Shown: positions 1 through 11,700 of the stretch, in pieces
Layout: each line of letters begins with the position of its first letter
Numbering within the stretch: the stretch's first letter is position 1
Source: Promethearchaeota archaeon
GTDB lineage: Archaea; Asgardarchaeota; Lokiarchaeia; Sigyniarchaeales; SOKP01
DNA: 44,324 bases
Reading direction: 5' to 3'
Assembly (NCBI GenBank): GCA_016839745.1
Contig: JAEOTS010000143.1
Span: 1 to 44,324, forward strand
Notes under the pieces: model-generated
What the model was told of the DNA's origin: nothing
What the model saw: only the letters and a program-made list of their open reading frames with translations
The model's database searches: none
Made by a program: the position numbers and the translations under genes

Positions 1-165
1 TATATCACCCATACCATCCACTAACATCTTATTCATTCCCTTTGGACCTAATGTAGAACGCACAGTTTCTGTAATCGCCATCATAGCATTGATATTATGC
101 ATTCGAGCTTCTTTCTCTTTAGTCTCCTCAGTTCCTTCCCTCAAAATTAATATCGGTACTGACAT
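1..165 (-). CDS. ths: Thermosome (group II chaperonin, TCP-1/cpn60 family) subunit, 5' part; runs off the window edge
   Basis: Manual translation from ATG at 165: MSVPILILREGTEETKEKEARMHNINAMMAITETVRSTLGPKGMNKMLVDGMGDI. It contains the group II chaperonin N-terminal motifs P-I-L-I-L-R-E-G and STLGPKGMxKMLVD. Not in the ORF track. Confidence 0.95.
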   Translation of the reverse strand, partial: MSVPILILREGTEETKEKEARMHNINAMMAITETVRSTLGPKGMNKMLVDGMGDI

Positions 166-314
166 TTCAAGTATACCTTTTATTGATTTTTATATTTTTA
201 AAAAAAAATTTTTACTGAATTTTTTAGTTATGCGTGATTAAATAATTTTATGATTTAGAGATCATTATAAAAAGTCTCCGAAACCATAAAAAATAATTGA
301 AATTTTTTTAAAGA

Positions 315-1040
315 TCAGATTATTATTTGACAAAGTGGGAGATTGAGTTCAGGTTTAGTCTTAAAGTTGGATCCAATTAAAAAGAGCTCTCTTAAACACT
401 TAAGATGCCCAATATTATCAATCTTACTAATTGGATTACCGTTAAGGGAGAGAAATTCTAAATTTTGAAGATTTTCTAAACCTTTCACTTCGGTAATCTG
501 ATTATAATCCAATTCTAAATGTTTTAAATTAACAAGTGTATCCAATCCTTTTATTTCTTCAATATTATTTTCACTTAAAATTAAAGTCTTTAATTTGGTT
601 AAATTTTCAAACCCTTCAATCTCAGTTATACTATTAATTTTGAGTCTAAGATATTCTAAATTTTTTAAAGTTTCAAGGTTTTCAATTTTGGAGATCTGGT
701 TACATTTTAAGTCTAAGTGTCTTAATTTTATGAGGTTTTGTATACCATCAATTTTAGCAATGAAATTATACGAAAGATTTAGTCTCTTAAGGTTAATTAT
801 ATAATCCAAACTGTTAATTTGGGAGAAACTATTTAATCCTAGATCAAGATATTCCAAAGAAATCAGATTTTCAAGATAATCAAACTTAACAATTGAGTTC
901 TCTCTTAAAAACAACCTCTTAAGTCCAGCAAACTCATCTATCCCTTTAACTTCAGAGAGAGATTTAATCCCTGCTCCAAAAAGGTCTAATTTAAAATTTT
1001 TAACATTTTTTCTTTTTCCATTCACAATTACATAATCCAA
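315..1040 (-). CDS. SDS22-like leucine-rich repeat protein
   Basis: About nine 22-aa LxxLxLxxNxIxxIxxL repeats (e.g. LRHLDLKCNQISKIENLETLKN); TTG start. Confidence 0.9.
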   Translation of the reverse strand: MDYVIVNGKRKNVKNFKLDLFGAGIKSLSEVKGIDEFAGLKRLFLRENSIVKFDYLENLISLEYLDLGLNSFSQINSLDYIINLKRLNLSYNFIAKIDGIQNLIKLRHLDLKCNQISKIENLETLKNLEYLRLKINSITEIEGFENLTKLKTLILSENNIEEIKGLDTLVNLKHLELDYNQITEVKGLENLQNLEFLSLNGNPISKIDNIGHLKCLRELFLIGSNFKTKPELNLPLCQIII

Positions 1041-1160
1041 TCCATTTTCATCTTTCAGCAGTAATCACTCATCTTCATTTAAAAGAGGGAATTATACTAT
1101 TATAAATATGGAAAATTAATCATATAAATCTGATGTGAGTTGTTAAAAAGTAAAAAAATA

Positions 1161-2438
1161 CTAATTAATAGGAGAAAGTAACTTTTCAAGAGATTTAATG
1201 TCATGTAATTTTGCGAGCTCATTTAATTTTTTCACGATACTAATGGCAGCCAGTGTCATTACAACGCCAAAAGCCCCCATAAAGTCAAACAATTCCAATT
1301 CTGTCTTTAGTGATGCGGCTTCATCAATTCTTTCCCCCATTGGCTCTATTTCTCGTTCCATTTGACCATCTTCACCCTGTTGACCAGTGCAATCACAATC
1401 AATATAATATATATCGATAAGATAATTCATTGCGGCAGCTGCATGATATATAGCAAGATAAAGACTGTGACCAACTGTATCAAAATAACGCTTGGCAGTT
1501 GTATCTAGATTAATTTGAGCACGAGTTACCATAGTCCAAGTGTTAATTTTCTCATAATCAATGTCTACTGTAGATCCTGGTAAAAGAGGCCAATATTCAG
1601 TCTTCGGATAAAATAAATAATGCATATCAGCTGCATCCAAATAATAGCTTGTGCCCCATCTTGTGATTCTTGCAGCTTCTCTAACCGCTAAACTAGGTAA
1701 TTCTTTATGATCCAGAGGAAAACCAACTGATAAATCTACTCCAATATCAGAAAAAAAATCTGTAGTAGTTCTAAGAGGATAAATTGTGTTGGTTAACATC
1801 TGAACACAAGAAGCATATCGTATATCATGTAAAGCACCATCTTCTTGTATATTTTTCACATGGGGATAGTAAGAGGCATCTGCGATGAGATGGCACATGA
1901 CTCCTAAGAGATATGCCGCTCTTTGGCAATCACGCCATGAAAAACTTTCACCAACCAAACCCGCAACATTGTCTACATAAGATAATAACGCTCCAGTTGG
2001 CTCTGAATCGAAAGTTTCAAATCTCAACCTATGATCTGAGTAAACACCACCTATAACATTAGTAACCCAATTTTGACACCTAGTCAATAAATAAACCTGA
2101 TATGACAGTCTAGAATCAGGGACTTCTGTACCCAGAAGGTACCACCATTTTAAATCATTGGTATTGATATACAAGGCTTCAATAAATTGATTATAACATT
2201 TCTCATACAAGATTTGAAGTGCCGACTCAGCAATCCAATCATGTGTTCCATAATGTTTAAGCCCATTATTTAATAAATAATCCTCTTTATAATTCCACCA
2301 AGACTGCGCGTAGGAATAACCTCTTCCCTTTCTTTGATTCCTCCATGCAGCCACTTCAGGGTAATAGTTTTCAGCACAAGACATTATAGCTAAAAATAAA
2401 AGAAAAGAAACCATGTAGAAATATTTGATTTTTTTCAT
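1161..2438 (-). CDS. Secreted, C-terminally anchored Zn-dependent phospholipase C / nuclease P1-fold protein
   Basis: Signal peptide ending VAA|W, with Trp as the likely mature N-terminal Zn ligand as in PLC/P1. Motifs GTHDWIA, LLGTEVPD, SDH, HLIAD...PH and a later H. Hydrophobic C-terminal helix FMGAFGVVMTLAAISIV. Confidence 0.75.
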   Translation of the reverse strand: MKKIKYFYMVSFLLFLAIMSCAENYYPEVAAWRNQRKGRGYSYAQSWWNYKEDYLLNNGLKHYGTHDWIAESALQILYEKCYNQFIEALYINTNDLKWWYLLGTEVPDSRLSYQVYLLTRCQNWVTNVIGGVYSDHRLRFETFDSEPTGALLSYVDNVAGLVGESFSWRDCQRAAYLLGVMCHLIADASYYPHVKNIQEDGALHDIRYASCVQMLTNTIYPLRTTTDFFSDIGVDLSVGFPLDHKELPSLAVREAARITRWGTSYYLDAADMHYLFYPKTEYWPLLPGSTVDIDYEKINTWTMVTRAQINLDTTAKRYFDTVGHSLYLAIYHAAAAMNYLIDIYYIDCDCTGQQGEDGQMEREIEPMGERIDEAASLKTELELFDFMGAFGVVMTLAAISIVKKLNELAKLHDIKSLEKLLSPIN

Positions 2439-2619
2439 TTTACCTCAATTTATACTATAGTTATATATTAATATTGGATTAAGTTAATATTTAAAAATAT
2501 GGTTTGTAGAAGTGCGAACTGTTATTTAAATGAAAGAAGTGGAAGAAATATTTAAATAGTTTTTTGAAATATTAAGATTAGGTAAGACGATTTAAAATTA
2601 ATTAAAAAACAATGAAAAA

Positions 2620-3207
2620 ATGAAAGTTTTAGATAAAATAAAGCGGATGAAAAGAACTAAATTTGTGAGTTATATTTTGCTTTTAGGCATAATCGTTTAT
2701 GGGTTGTCATTTTCAATAATATTTATTACGGCTTCAAATGCATTTTATCATACGATAAGGAGTATAAGTATTCCAGATGAATATTTCATAACGATTCTGG
2801 ATCCAGAGAATCCAGAATTTATAATGTCATATCGCGTAGAGAATAAGGGATTATACTATCTAACAGAATTTCGGGTAAATATTTCAATGGATTTGATTTA
2901 TAATAATACTACAAATAATACTGAAAGAATAAACATTTTCTCAGGTAAAGAAAAATTGGATGATGTCGCTCCCTTACAAAGGGTACAAGGGGAATTCTAC
3001 AAAGACAACGATTCATTTAATATTGTCAATTTAGAATATTACTGGAGCACTGTAGCTAATTCTTCGGACACGCGGTTTATATTTGACTTTGAGATTGAAG
3101 GGAGATATTGCCTTAATCTTCTTTATTTTAGCATTCAGATTGATGATTTTGAATTTGTAGATGAAGAATGTCCGAACTGCGGAAGCCAAATAATTATAGA
3201 GGAGTAG
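2620..3207 (+). CDS. Single-pass membrane protein with an extracellular beta-sandwich (LEA_2/Ig-like) domain
   Basis: N-terminal TM helix; beta-rich domain (YRVENKG) with several N-x-S/T sequons; C-terminal CPNCG. Confidence 0.6.
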   Translation: MKVLDKIKRMKRTKFVSYILLLGIIVYGLSFSIIFITASNAFYHTIRSISIPDEYFITILDPENPEFIMSYRVENKGLYYLTEFRVNISMDLIYNNTTNNTERINIFSGKEKLDDVAPLQRVQGEFYKDNDSFNIVNLEYYWSTVANSSDTRFIFDFEIEGRYCLNLLYFSIQIDDFEFVDEECPNCGSQIIIEE

Positions 3208-3219
3208 TGAGACTTAAGC

Positions 3220-3972
3220 ATGAGAAAAAGGAACTTTAGGTTTTATAGTCTTTTATTGTCAGTAATACTTAGCATTCTATTTACAATTATATTTCCTTTA
3301 ATTCTTAGTGTTTTTGCATTAGACATAACAATGTTAACGCTGAATCAAATTTTAGTTATAATTGTGTTAGGAGCTATAATAACAATTTTGATAAGTTTAA
3401 AGTATTTCCCTAATTTAAGATATCAATACAAATTTGTGTTGAGTATTATTCCTGAAGTACTCTATATCGCTCAAATTATTATTTTATCACAAACAGAGGT
3501 GATCACAATCTCTGATATCGATTTTAAGGTATTAATTGATACTAGAATGTTATATTTATTCTTTATCGTTATTCCAATTTTGATTATAATTCGAACTACT
3601 TATTTATATATAATTTTTCGGAGAGAAGCAAGGCTTAAGTTGATTGTACTTTATTCAATAGAAGAGATGAGAAAATCTAACTCAAAACTTCCCTTGGGAA
3701 AATATATTAAAAAGAATATCAATATTAAAGAACAAGAGAAGAAATTGTTGTTAAGGCAACTGCCTTTATTCTTAAATCAATTTAAGAAAGCTAACCACTT
3801 CTTAATCTCTAAGAATAAAAGGTTTTTTTTAACTGAAAAAGCCAAAACAATTTTAACTCAAAATATTAGATTAATAAAAGATATCGCTAAATTTGAAATC
3901 ATTCCAAAAAATTTAGAAACGTGGACGGAGGAAGAATTAATAAAATACGCAAAAAGTAGGGGGTTGAATTAA
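3220..3972 (+). CDS. Multi-pass (about 4 TM) membrane protein with a basic cytoplasmic C-terminal domain (possibly wHTH-like)
   Basis: Four hydrophobic segments followed by a Lys-rich tail ending ...FLISKNKRFFLTEKAKTIL; tightly spaced with neighbouring genes. Confidence 0.6.
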   Translation: MRKRNFRFYSLLLSVILSILFTIIFPLILSVFALDITMLTLNQILVIIVLGAIITILISLKYFPNLRYQYKFVLSIIPEVLYIAQIIILSQTEVITISDIDFKVLIDTRMLYLFFIVIPILIIIRTTYLYIIFRREARLKLIVLYSIEEMRKSNSKLPLGKYIKKNINIKEQEKKLLLRQLPLFLNQFKKANHFLISKNKRFFLTEKAKTILTQNIRLIKDIAKFEIIPKNLETWTEEELIKYAKSRGLN

Positions 3973-4668
3973 ATGTTTTCTAAAGATCTAAAAAAAAAAG
4001 ATATTAAATTTTCAGAAGAAATTGAAATATATAGAATAAGGAACGATGGTATTAATTCCGATGAAGATTTAGTAAATTTTGCTCGAAAAAACAATTGGGG
4101 AGGAAAAGGTATTGAGAGCAATCCATATATTATTGAAACAGAAGAAGGATTACCCAGTCAGCTATATTTCCTGAATGTCAGTCAATATGTAGTAATGAAA
4201 AATTGTAATTTTGAAATCCTTGAGTTTGTAAAGAGTTCAAACGCAAAGATTATCGATTGTTCATTGAAGAGACTTAACTTAATAGATGTTTCCCAAATTT
4301 CAATAGAAAACACAAATATATCAAAACTCCACATGTGGAAAACAAAAAAAAATAATTTTTATAACTGTGAGGTAAAAGAGTTAGGTGGCGGAGTTAATAG
4401 AAAAAATTTATTCCAGAATTGTAAATTACCCGATGATGCTCAAGAAAAGTTAACAAAAAAAGTAATTGATACATCAGATTTATATCTTATTGCTGCTTTG
4501 GCTGGACTTACCTTTATATTTACATATTGGCAAATAGAAGGAATGGATTATGTTTTTCCAGGTATAATGGTCTGGTTATGGATTTCATATGGTTTTATTA
4601 TGGTATTTTTTTTATTAAGTATTGGCAGAAAAACATATTCTAAAATAAAACCAAATAAAATTATATAG
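3973..4668 (+). CDS. Right-handed beta-helix domain protein with two C-terminal TM helices (paralogue 1)
   Basis: WGGKGIESNPYIIE matches the GxGxxxxPYxI beta-helix cap; repeating IxNC/xNxFxNC strands; two hydrophobic helices at the end. Confidence 0.65.
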   Translation: MFSKDLKKKDIKFSEEIEIYRIRNDGINSDEDLVNFARKNNWGGKGIESNPYIIETEEGLPSQLYFLNVSQYVVMKNCNFEILEFVKSSNAKIIDCSLKRLNLIDVSQISIENTNISKLHMWKTKKNNFYNCEVKELGGGVNRKNLFQNCKLPDDAQEKLTKKVIDTSDLYLIAALAGLTFIFTYWQIEGMDYVFPGIMVWLWISYGFIMVFFLLSIGRKTYSKIKPNKII

Positions 4669-4977
4669 AGTGAAAATCTGCATTAATCTTATGTAAGAAA
4701 AAAGAGGTGTATCCTAGATGTTTAAAATCGATTTAGATAAACTTTCCGAGCGGGCTAAAGTGATTGATATTTATTTAAGAAGAAACGATGGTATTAATTC
4801 TGATGAAGAGTTAGTAAGTCTAGCTCGAAAAAACAATTGGGGAGGAAAGGGTGTTGAGACTAATCCATATATTATCGAAGCAGAAGAAGGATTACCCAGT
4901 CAGCTATATTTCCTGAATGTCAGTCAATATGTAGTAATGAAAAATTGTAATTTTGAAATCCTTGAGTTTGTAAAGAG
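4139..4977 (+). repeat. 97-bp exact direct repeat shared by the two paralogues (4139-4235 and 4881-4977)
   Basis: CAGAAGAAGGATTACCCAGTC...GAGTTTGTAAAGAG is identical in both genes; the flanks are diverged. Confidence 0.9.
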
Positions 4978-5395
4978 CTCGAATCTCAGGGTGACCAATT
5001 GTTCACTTAAGAGACTAAATTTAATAGAATGTTCCTGTATTTCCATAGAAAATATTAAAATGTCAAACTTGTATATGTCTAAAGCGAAAGAAAACAATTT
5101 TGATAACTGCGAGATTAAAGAACTTAGCGGTCGACTAAGTAGGGAAAATACATTCCAAAATTGTAAATTACCTGACGATGCTCAAGAGAAATTAACAGAA
5201 AAAATAATTGCCAAACCTCAGTGGTATTTTATTTTATCTATCGGTTTCCTTACCCTTATTAATGTGTTTTTCCAAATAGATTCCACTAGGCTTTTTATTT
5301 GGATAATTGATGGATTCTTCGTGGCAATTTTTTTAGCTAGTATTATCAAAAGGGCTTACTATAGAATAATAAAACCAAATAAATTTATAAAATAA
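4718..5395 (+). CDS. Right-handed beta-helix domain protein with two C-terminal TM helices (paralogue 2)
   Basis: Clear paralogue of 3973..4668; GAGGTG SD upstream. Confidence 0.65.
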   Translation: MFKIDLDKLSERAKVIDIYLRRNDGINSDEELVSLARKNNWGGKGVETNPYIIEAEEGLPSQLYFLNVSQYVVMKNCNFEILEFVKSSNLRVTNCSLKRLNLIECSCISIENIKMSNLYMSKAKENNFDNCEIKELSGRLSRENTFQNCKLPDDAQEKLTEKIIAKPQWYFILSIGFLTLINVFFQIDSTRLFIWIIDGFFVAIFLASIIKRAYYRIIKPNKFIK

Positions 5396-5432
5396 TCAAA
5401 AAAACGAAGATTGAGCCAATAATTGTAAGTTT

Positions 5433-5446
5433 AAAAAAAAAAAAAA
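5433..5446 (-). terminator. Oligo-T (14 nt) archaeal-type terminator after the giant-protein/wHTH operon
   Basis: A14 run on the + strand directly after the stop of 5447..5773, between convergent genes. Confidence 0.5.
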
Positions 5447-5773
5447 TTAATAATTAAATTTAACCTTCTTATGTAACAGGTTTACTTCGATATCACTAAG
5501 TACCTTCCTTAAGTAAAAAAGTATGAATTTGTTCCCTTTCTTTGTAAGACAGATTTTCTTTCTTTTACCTTCTTTGTCCCTTTTCACCAAATTCTCTCTT
5601 TCTAACTCCGATATCAGACTTGAAGCATAACTTTTTTTAATACCAAGCTCTTTCTGGATATCCTGAGAGTAAATGTATTTACTATTAATATAATTCCTTC
5701 TTAAGAAGGCTAAAATCCTTTGTTTGTTATTAAAAAAATTATTTTCTGTAATTGCCATTTTTTTCATCACCAC
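5447..5773 (-). CDS. MarR-like winged helix-turn-helix transcriptional regulator
   Basis: SQDIQKELGIKKSYASSLISELERENLVKR...KKICLTKKG is a wHTH/MarR pattern; 4 nt downstream of the giant gene's stop. Confidence 0.8.
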   Translation of the reverse strand: MVMKKMAITENNFFNNKQRILAFLRRNYINSKYIYSQDIQKELGIKKSYASSLISELERENLVKRDKEGKRKKICLTKKGNKFILFYLRKVLSDIEVNLLHKKVKFNY

Positions 5774-5777
5774 AAAT

Positions 5778-8700
5778 TTAGTACAAGGGAGGGCTACCTC
5801 CTAAAGAAAGATTCTTAATAGTTGCCAAAAATATACCCACAAAAATGCCGACTAAAATCATTATTTTGTAAATCCTTGTACATCGGTACCAGAATTTCCA
5901 ATAAGAATTCCTTTTCGATCTATTTGCGCTAACGCAATGTGCAACGAGCAAAGTATAAAGACCAGCATAAACCCCTATAAACATTGGAAATAATAAAAGC
6001 ACACTATGTGCAAACGACAATACATTACTTACAGCAGAATCATCAGGCAAGAATAATCGCAGAAGGGGAATTAATAATGCAAATATCCATTGAAGAGCCA
6101 ATAAAAACTTTAATGGCCCAAGAAGTCCGCTTACAATTATGCTCGCGAAAGAATTTATATCTCCATCATCATTAACCATGAATGTCTCAATACAAATCCA
6201 CAGCAAGAAGCACCCTAATGAAAATCCTAACAATCCTCCAATATTATCCGTCTCATAAAACTTCGTTAACATCAAAGACATAAAAAGTCCCGTTATTACG
6301 AGAGGGATAAATGATAATATATATGCTAAGTCGTTAAAGCATCCCCATAAAGCTACAGCAGATAATAGTGTAATGGGCACGATACCTAGAAATGCTAGTG
6401 TGAAATCTATCATTAGTCTTCCTTCCGCATAAAAAGTTTCTGGCTGAGAGAAGAAACTTTTAATATAAGAAAGATCCAGACAGATACCAGATTCAAGTGA
6501 ATATGGATTTCCTTGATACTCAAATTCAAAATCTACATCCCAATACCCATATGATAATTTATCTGTCGTAGCCTCAAAATAATACCGCTTGATTTTTCCA
6601 TCAGTAGAACTCCAATAATGAAGCATTGTAAACTGCCCTTTAGTTTGATCCTGTGTACAAGTAATATTCGGTTTGGATGATAAACCTGTTCCACTATAAT
6701 CTGAAACTTCTACAATATATGTATTACTACTTTCTCTAGTTATTGTTGTGCCATCTCCATATGAGGCATATGAATTTATCCTAAAGTTAAGTTTTGTAGT
6801 TGATTTAACAAATGGTCCAATAAAGTGAGTAAAGTTTCCACTTTCATCAATACTAAGCAATGAAGTAATTTCTCCTGATGTTGTGGTTGCTTCAAAATAA
6901 TACTTGAATGCCCCAATATTACTATCATCATAACCTTCATCATCAAAATTCAATGTATAGTGAAATTCTACAGGATCTTCATAATCTGGATTAAACTCGA
7001 CTGATTCCATTTCAAATTTTTGTATACCAACAGTTTTTGACACACCGGTACCAATTTGTGCTTTAGCAGGTATTAAACATAAACTTACCTCAGAAGGAGC
7101 ATTCCCATCAACCATATCCCACCAAGTCACATAAAATGTAAAATTTTCAGTTATCCATCCATCGATATTAGAATAATCAGCAGTATTGGAAGTAACACGA
7201 TGACCCATCAAATAACTCGGACCATTTGATGTGTCAGGTCCTACAAAATAATCATTTAGTGGGGATGTAATAATTTCACTAGTATCCTTATCCTTTGTAG
7301 AGAAGTAGAAATGCCACAGACCGTCGTTATATCCAGATAAGTCGACAGTTTTATTATAAATAGCTCCATTTACGGATGTGAAATCTGCTCCACCATCTAA
7401 ACTCATATCAAAGGAATCAAGTTGGCTTCCATCTGGCTTGATTAAGTGTAGCTTTACACCGTAGGTATCATCTGGTCCCTCAAAGTTTGGATCATAATAG
7501 TTTGTCCTAAAATCATACTTATCATTCCCTAAATCTACATATTCACAATGCAAGGTTGGTGCAACATTATCAGATGCTGGTTCTAGAGGGATCGGATTAT
7601 TTGTGGAATCACCTAGTGTAGTTAACTTATTATCAGAGTCTAATACACCATTTTGACTCATATAAACTGTAGAATTTCCATAAATTGTTTTATCACTAAC
7701 CCATGGTATATAAAGATCTAAAAATTCCCAGTATACCCATTCAATCCAAAATTCTTGTTGAAAGTTAGTACTTGAAGTCTTTAAATAAAAGTAACCTGCT
7801 CTAAAAGCCGAGCCGTATGTAATTGCCCAATTTAATCCAAAAGAAGTCTCAATCTCCTCAAAAATACTGATGAATAATAGTGCGACTCCAATGCTTAAGA
7901 CGACAACGCTAATTGTTAGAAGTTCCAAAGCTAATAGTATAAAGAAAAATATGAATAAAGCACATCTCACGATAACCCATAATAAGTACGCAAGGAAGGA
8001 TAAGAGATTCATGAAGATCTCTGCCAAAAAATCAAGCAGATTTATCATAAATATGCCGGGACATATTGCCATCATTACGTATAGCACAATATTTACTCCT
8101 GGAATGCACCATAGAATTGCCCATAGAATTGAATCCCAACCAACTTCGGGATTAGGCTGTGGACCAAAGGGAGAGTTAGAATAGTTATTAAACCAAGGAA
8201 CATAGCTCAATACGGAATAGGGTAGATTCATCTGAGTAGCTAAGGTTCCATTAAGTTTAGTCGATACATAAGCATGAATTGTACCATTAATTGCAATAGT
8301 ATTATTATTTTCATTTAGGGTTTCATTGATAATGCCAATAAGTATTAAATTTAACACTTCCATAGCCTGCTCAGGAGTAATATCAAAGCGAATAAAGACA
8401 TAATCCACATCTGCATTTCCCTCCTGAACGGAATCATCTCGATCATTAGCAGTAAACTCAAACATATTATCTCTAGCACTATATAACACTGTTTCATTAA
8501 GGCATTCAGTTTCTACATACTCGTTTAAGAGCGTATGAGTAAAGAGTTCGGTTGGAATCACTATAACATTAACTCCAAGCTCAAACGGAGTGCCATCACA
8601 GTCACCCATAGCTTCAGCATTATCACCAAGGTTATACTCAGAATCCCATGAAAAGCCAAATGCATCAAAAAACGCGTCAAATCCAACAATCCCTCCCGAA

Positions 8701-11700
8701 TCAATACCAATTCGATTAATATGACCTTCATTATTTGCAAATTGACCATCGTTAACTTTTAATACTCCGTCTACATAGAGATCGAAACGATATTGGGACA
8801 ATCCTTTATAGTTTCCAGTGGTACTTTCAAAATCAACTCGCATTCTATACCAAGTATTTGCATTTATGCTCATAATATCATGTGTCGTGCCATCATTATA
8901 CTTAATCTTTCCCTCAGTCATATATAACCGAATCATATCAGTATCATCTCTTCTGAGATCAAAATATAAAATACTCCCGAGGGCTAAACCCACACCACCA
9001 CGCCACCACCACTCAATTGTGCCATAAGATTGATCTGAATCTAAATCATGGTAAATATGAACATTTTCACTTAGTACGTGATGAATTTTTAAGATACGAT
9101 TATGGTCCCCGACATCTTCAACAATTTCCACATAACAATCACCGGTAGATGTATCTGAGTCTACAAAATTTACATCGGTACTGCGATTCCCAATTTGCTC
9201 ATTTATAAAGCTATTAGATCCAGGGAAATGATTTTCATCAGGTATATGCAATTGAATCAAGGAATACCGTTGATTAATGTCCTGATAATGTCCTGTAAAT
9301 GTATCATTTACACCATAAATGGCAAGAGTGTTGGCACGCTCAACAACTACAGTTTTAACCTTCACATCTAATTCGTTTGTAAAGCCAAAAAATCCAATTT
9401 TCTCAGCATGGAGTGTTTCATATGGATCATCAGGATCCGTAATTGTATAATTAACATCCTTGCTAAGATCACATGTATCCCACAGTCCTATATCATTGCA
9501 TATAAGCCAGAGTTGTAAATTCATAGTAACATTATCTCCCTGCCGTGTAATATCATCATCAATATTTACATAATAATGCTCATCAAAGTAAGCTGCCTGA
9601 TATTTACCATAAATATTTGGTTCTAAATACGACCAAGTACTAGGAGTGTTAAAGTAATAATCATTTTCACCAAAAGCAAACTGCATAACAATTTGGAGTA
9701 CCGCATGTCGAGGTTCAAATATATGTAAATTTCGGTACGCTCCAAAATAAGGATAGATTTCTAGCATTACATCACCTAATGGATCTCTATCATTAGAATC
9801 CCACGCATCATCTCCATCACTATCTTTACTTAAAGGGCTTGTCTCACTGGTAAAAATCTCATAATAATCACTCCATCCATCCCCATCAGTATCATTCTCA
9901 GCTGGATCTGTCGTCCAAGCTATTTTGTCTTGAAATCCTGCTTGAATATAAGTATCCGTTACGATTTCAAATCGTGTCAAGTTAAAGATATCGGTAAGAA
10001 TCGTATCATAAATGCCAATTTTTAATACATAAGTTCCATATATTTCGGTTATTAATTCATCGTTAACAATATTAGTTAAATTGATCGATTTCTGGTAAGT
10101 AAATTGCTCAGATGCATTTAACTCACTTATATATTCAAAAATCTGAACATCATCTATAGTACAGTTTATTTCTTCTTTAAGAACTTGGATTATTACCGCT
10201 CCCTGCCCGTTTAACGTTTCATTTGACTTTAATTCCAAATATAGTTCTGCATCGTATACCTTTCCAGTTTGAGGGATTTCCAAATAATAATCATCAGTTT
10301 GAATAGTACCGTTTATTTGCCACTCTTGTGTTAGACACTTACTCTCACAATATCCTGCATCCCAACTGAAACTTAACGCATCATAGTAGATTGCATAATC
10401 CGCACTATCGGTACCTGTTGTAAAGAACCTGAAATAGTTTGGATCGATATTATTGAATTTATTATAATCTAGTGCTCCAGAACTCACCCCATCAACTGTA
10501 ATACGATATTTTTTATTGCCAAGCCCTTTCCATGCAGTAGAATCTCGGCACCAATCAATCTGGACGGCATACCACTGATCCAATTCCGGATCTGGGATAT
10601 TTGGTACAACAATCCAATCATTCCCATCTTTACATTTCCATTTTCCGTTATCAAGAGTAAAGTAAAACGCTCCGTAAGGATAGACTTTTCGACATCCATC
10701 AAAAATATAAGTTGCGCCATAAGATGATAAGTGCCCTGTTATCATAAAATAGAATAACACCGTGCCATGTCCTTTATATTGCCCATCGTCATATTGCATG
10801 TATGCATTTTGCGATCGATCCGTATCATTTAAAATCAAGACATCAGTATGACCATTTGCGCAATTCAGTTCATGAAGGTGGCAACCTGTCCCAGTGCTGT
10901 TTATCCAATCATTAGTTTCTGGGAATTCGAAATCTGGACCGAAATATGTACCGAAATAATTTTCCGATTCAAAAATAGAAACTCCATTTGTATCATGCAA
11001 ATTATCTCCAATCTCATAGTTCCAGTGCCATGAATAGCCAATAGCATCATAATAACCACAATATCCATAATAACTGTTGGAAGTTAATAACGTTATATTA
11101 GAAATATATTCTGCCGTAGATTCAAAGGACAGATTTGATTTGAGCTGTTCTTTATCAATATATATATTCCATTTATCTGTAGAGCAATTAAACTCAAGTT
11201 TTACATGATACCACAAATCATCTTGAGCAGTTTTACCCACATCTATCCATGAACTTCCTGAATAATATTGAAATTTACTGGATTGAATTGCTATTGCCAT
11301 TTTTCGGATAGCATCTTCATAGAGGTAAATATAGTTTGGTTTCGACACATCATCAGAAGCAATCCAGAATTCAACGACCCCCATAGTTGTATTAAATGTA
11401 TCCATTAGCTCCATAGTTCCCGAATTACTATAATCACTTAGGCTCAATACTTTATGATGATCTTCAAGCGCTTCAATTACAGTTGCATTACAACTTGTAT
11501 CAGCATCCATATTCCACCCACTCGGGACAGCTCCATTCTCATCATATTCAAATGAATAAGTACCTTCATAATCTCCACACTGATTAATAGTTAGGTTATA
11601 ATAGCTTAATTCAGTGATATTATCATAGTAAGGCATGTATGCATCTCTGAAATCAATTGTATCATTTCCTCTAACCAAAATGCCCATTTCAACTCCATCC

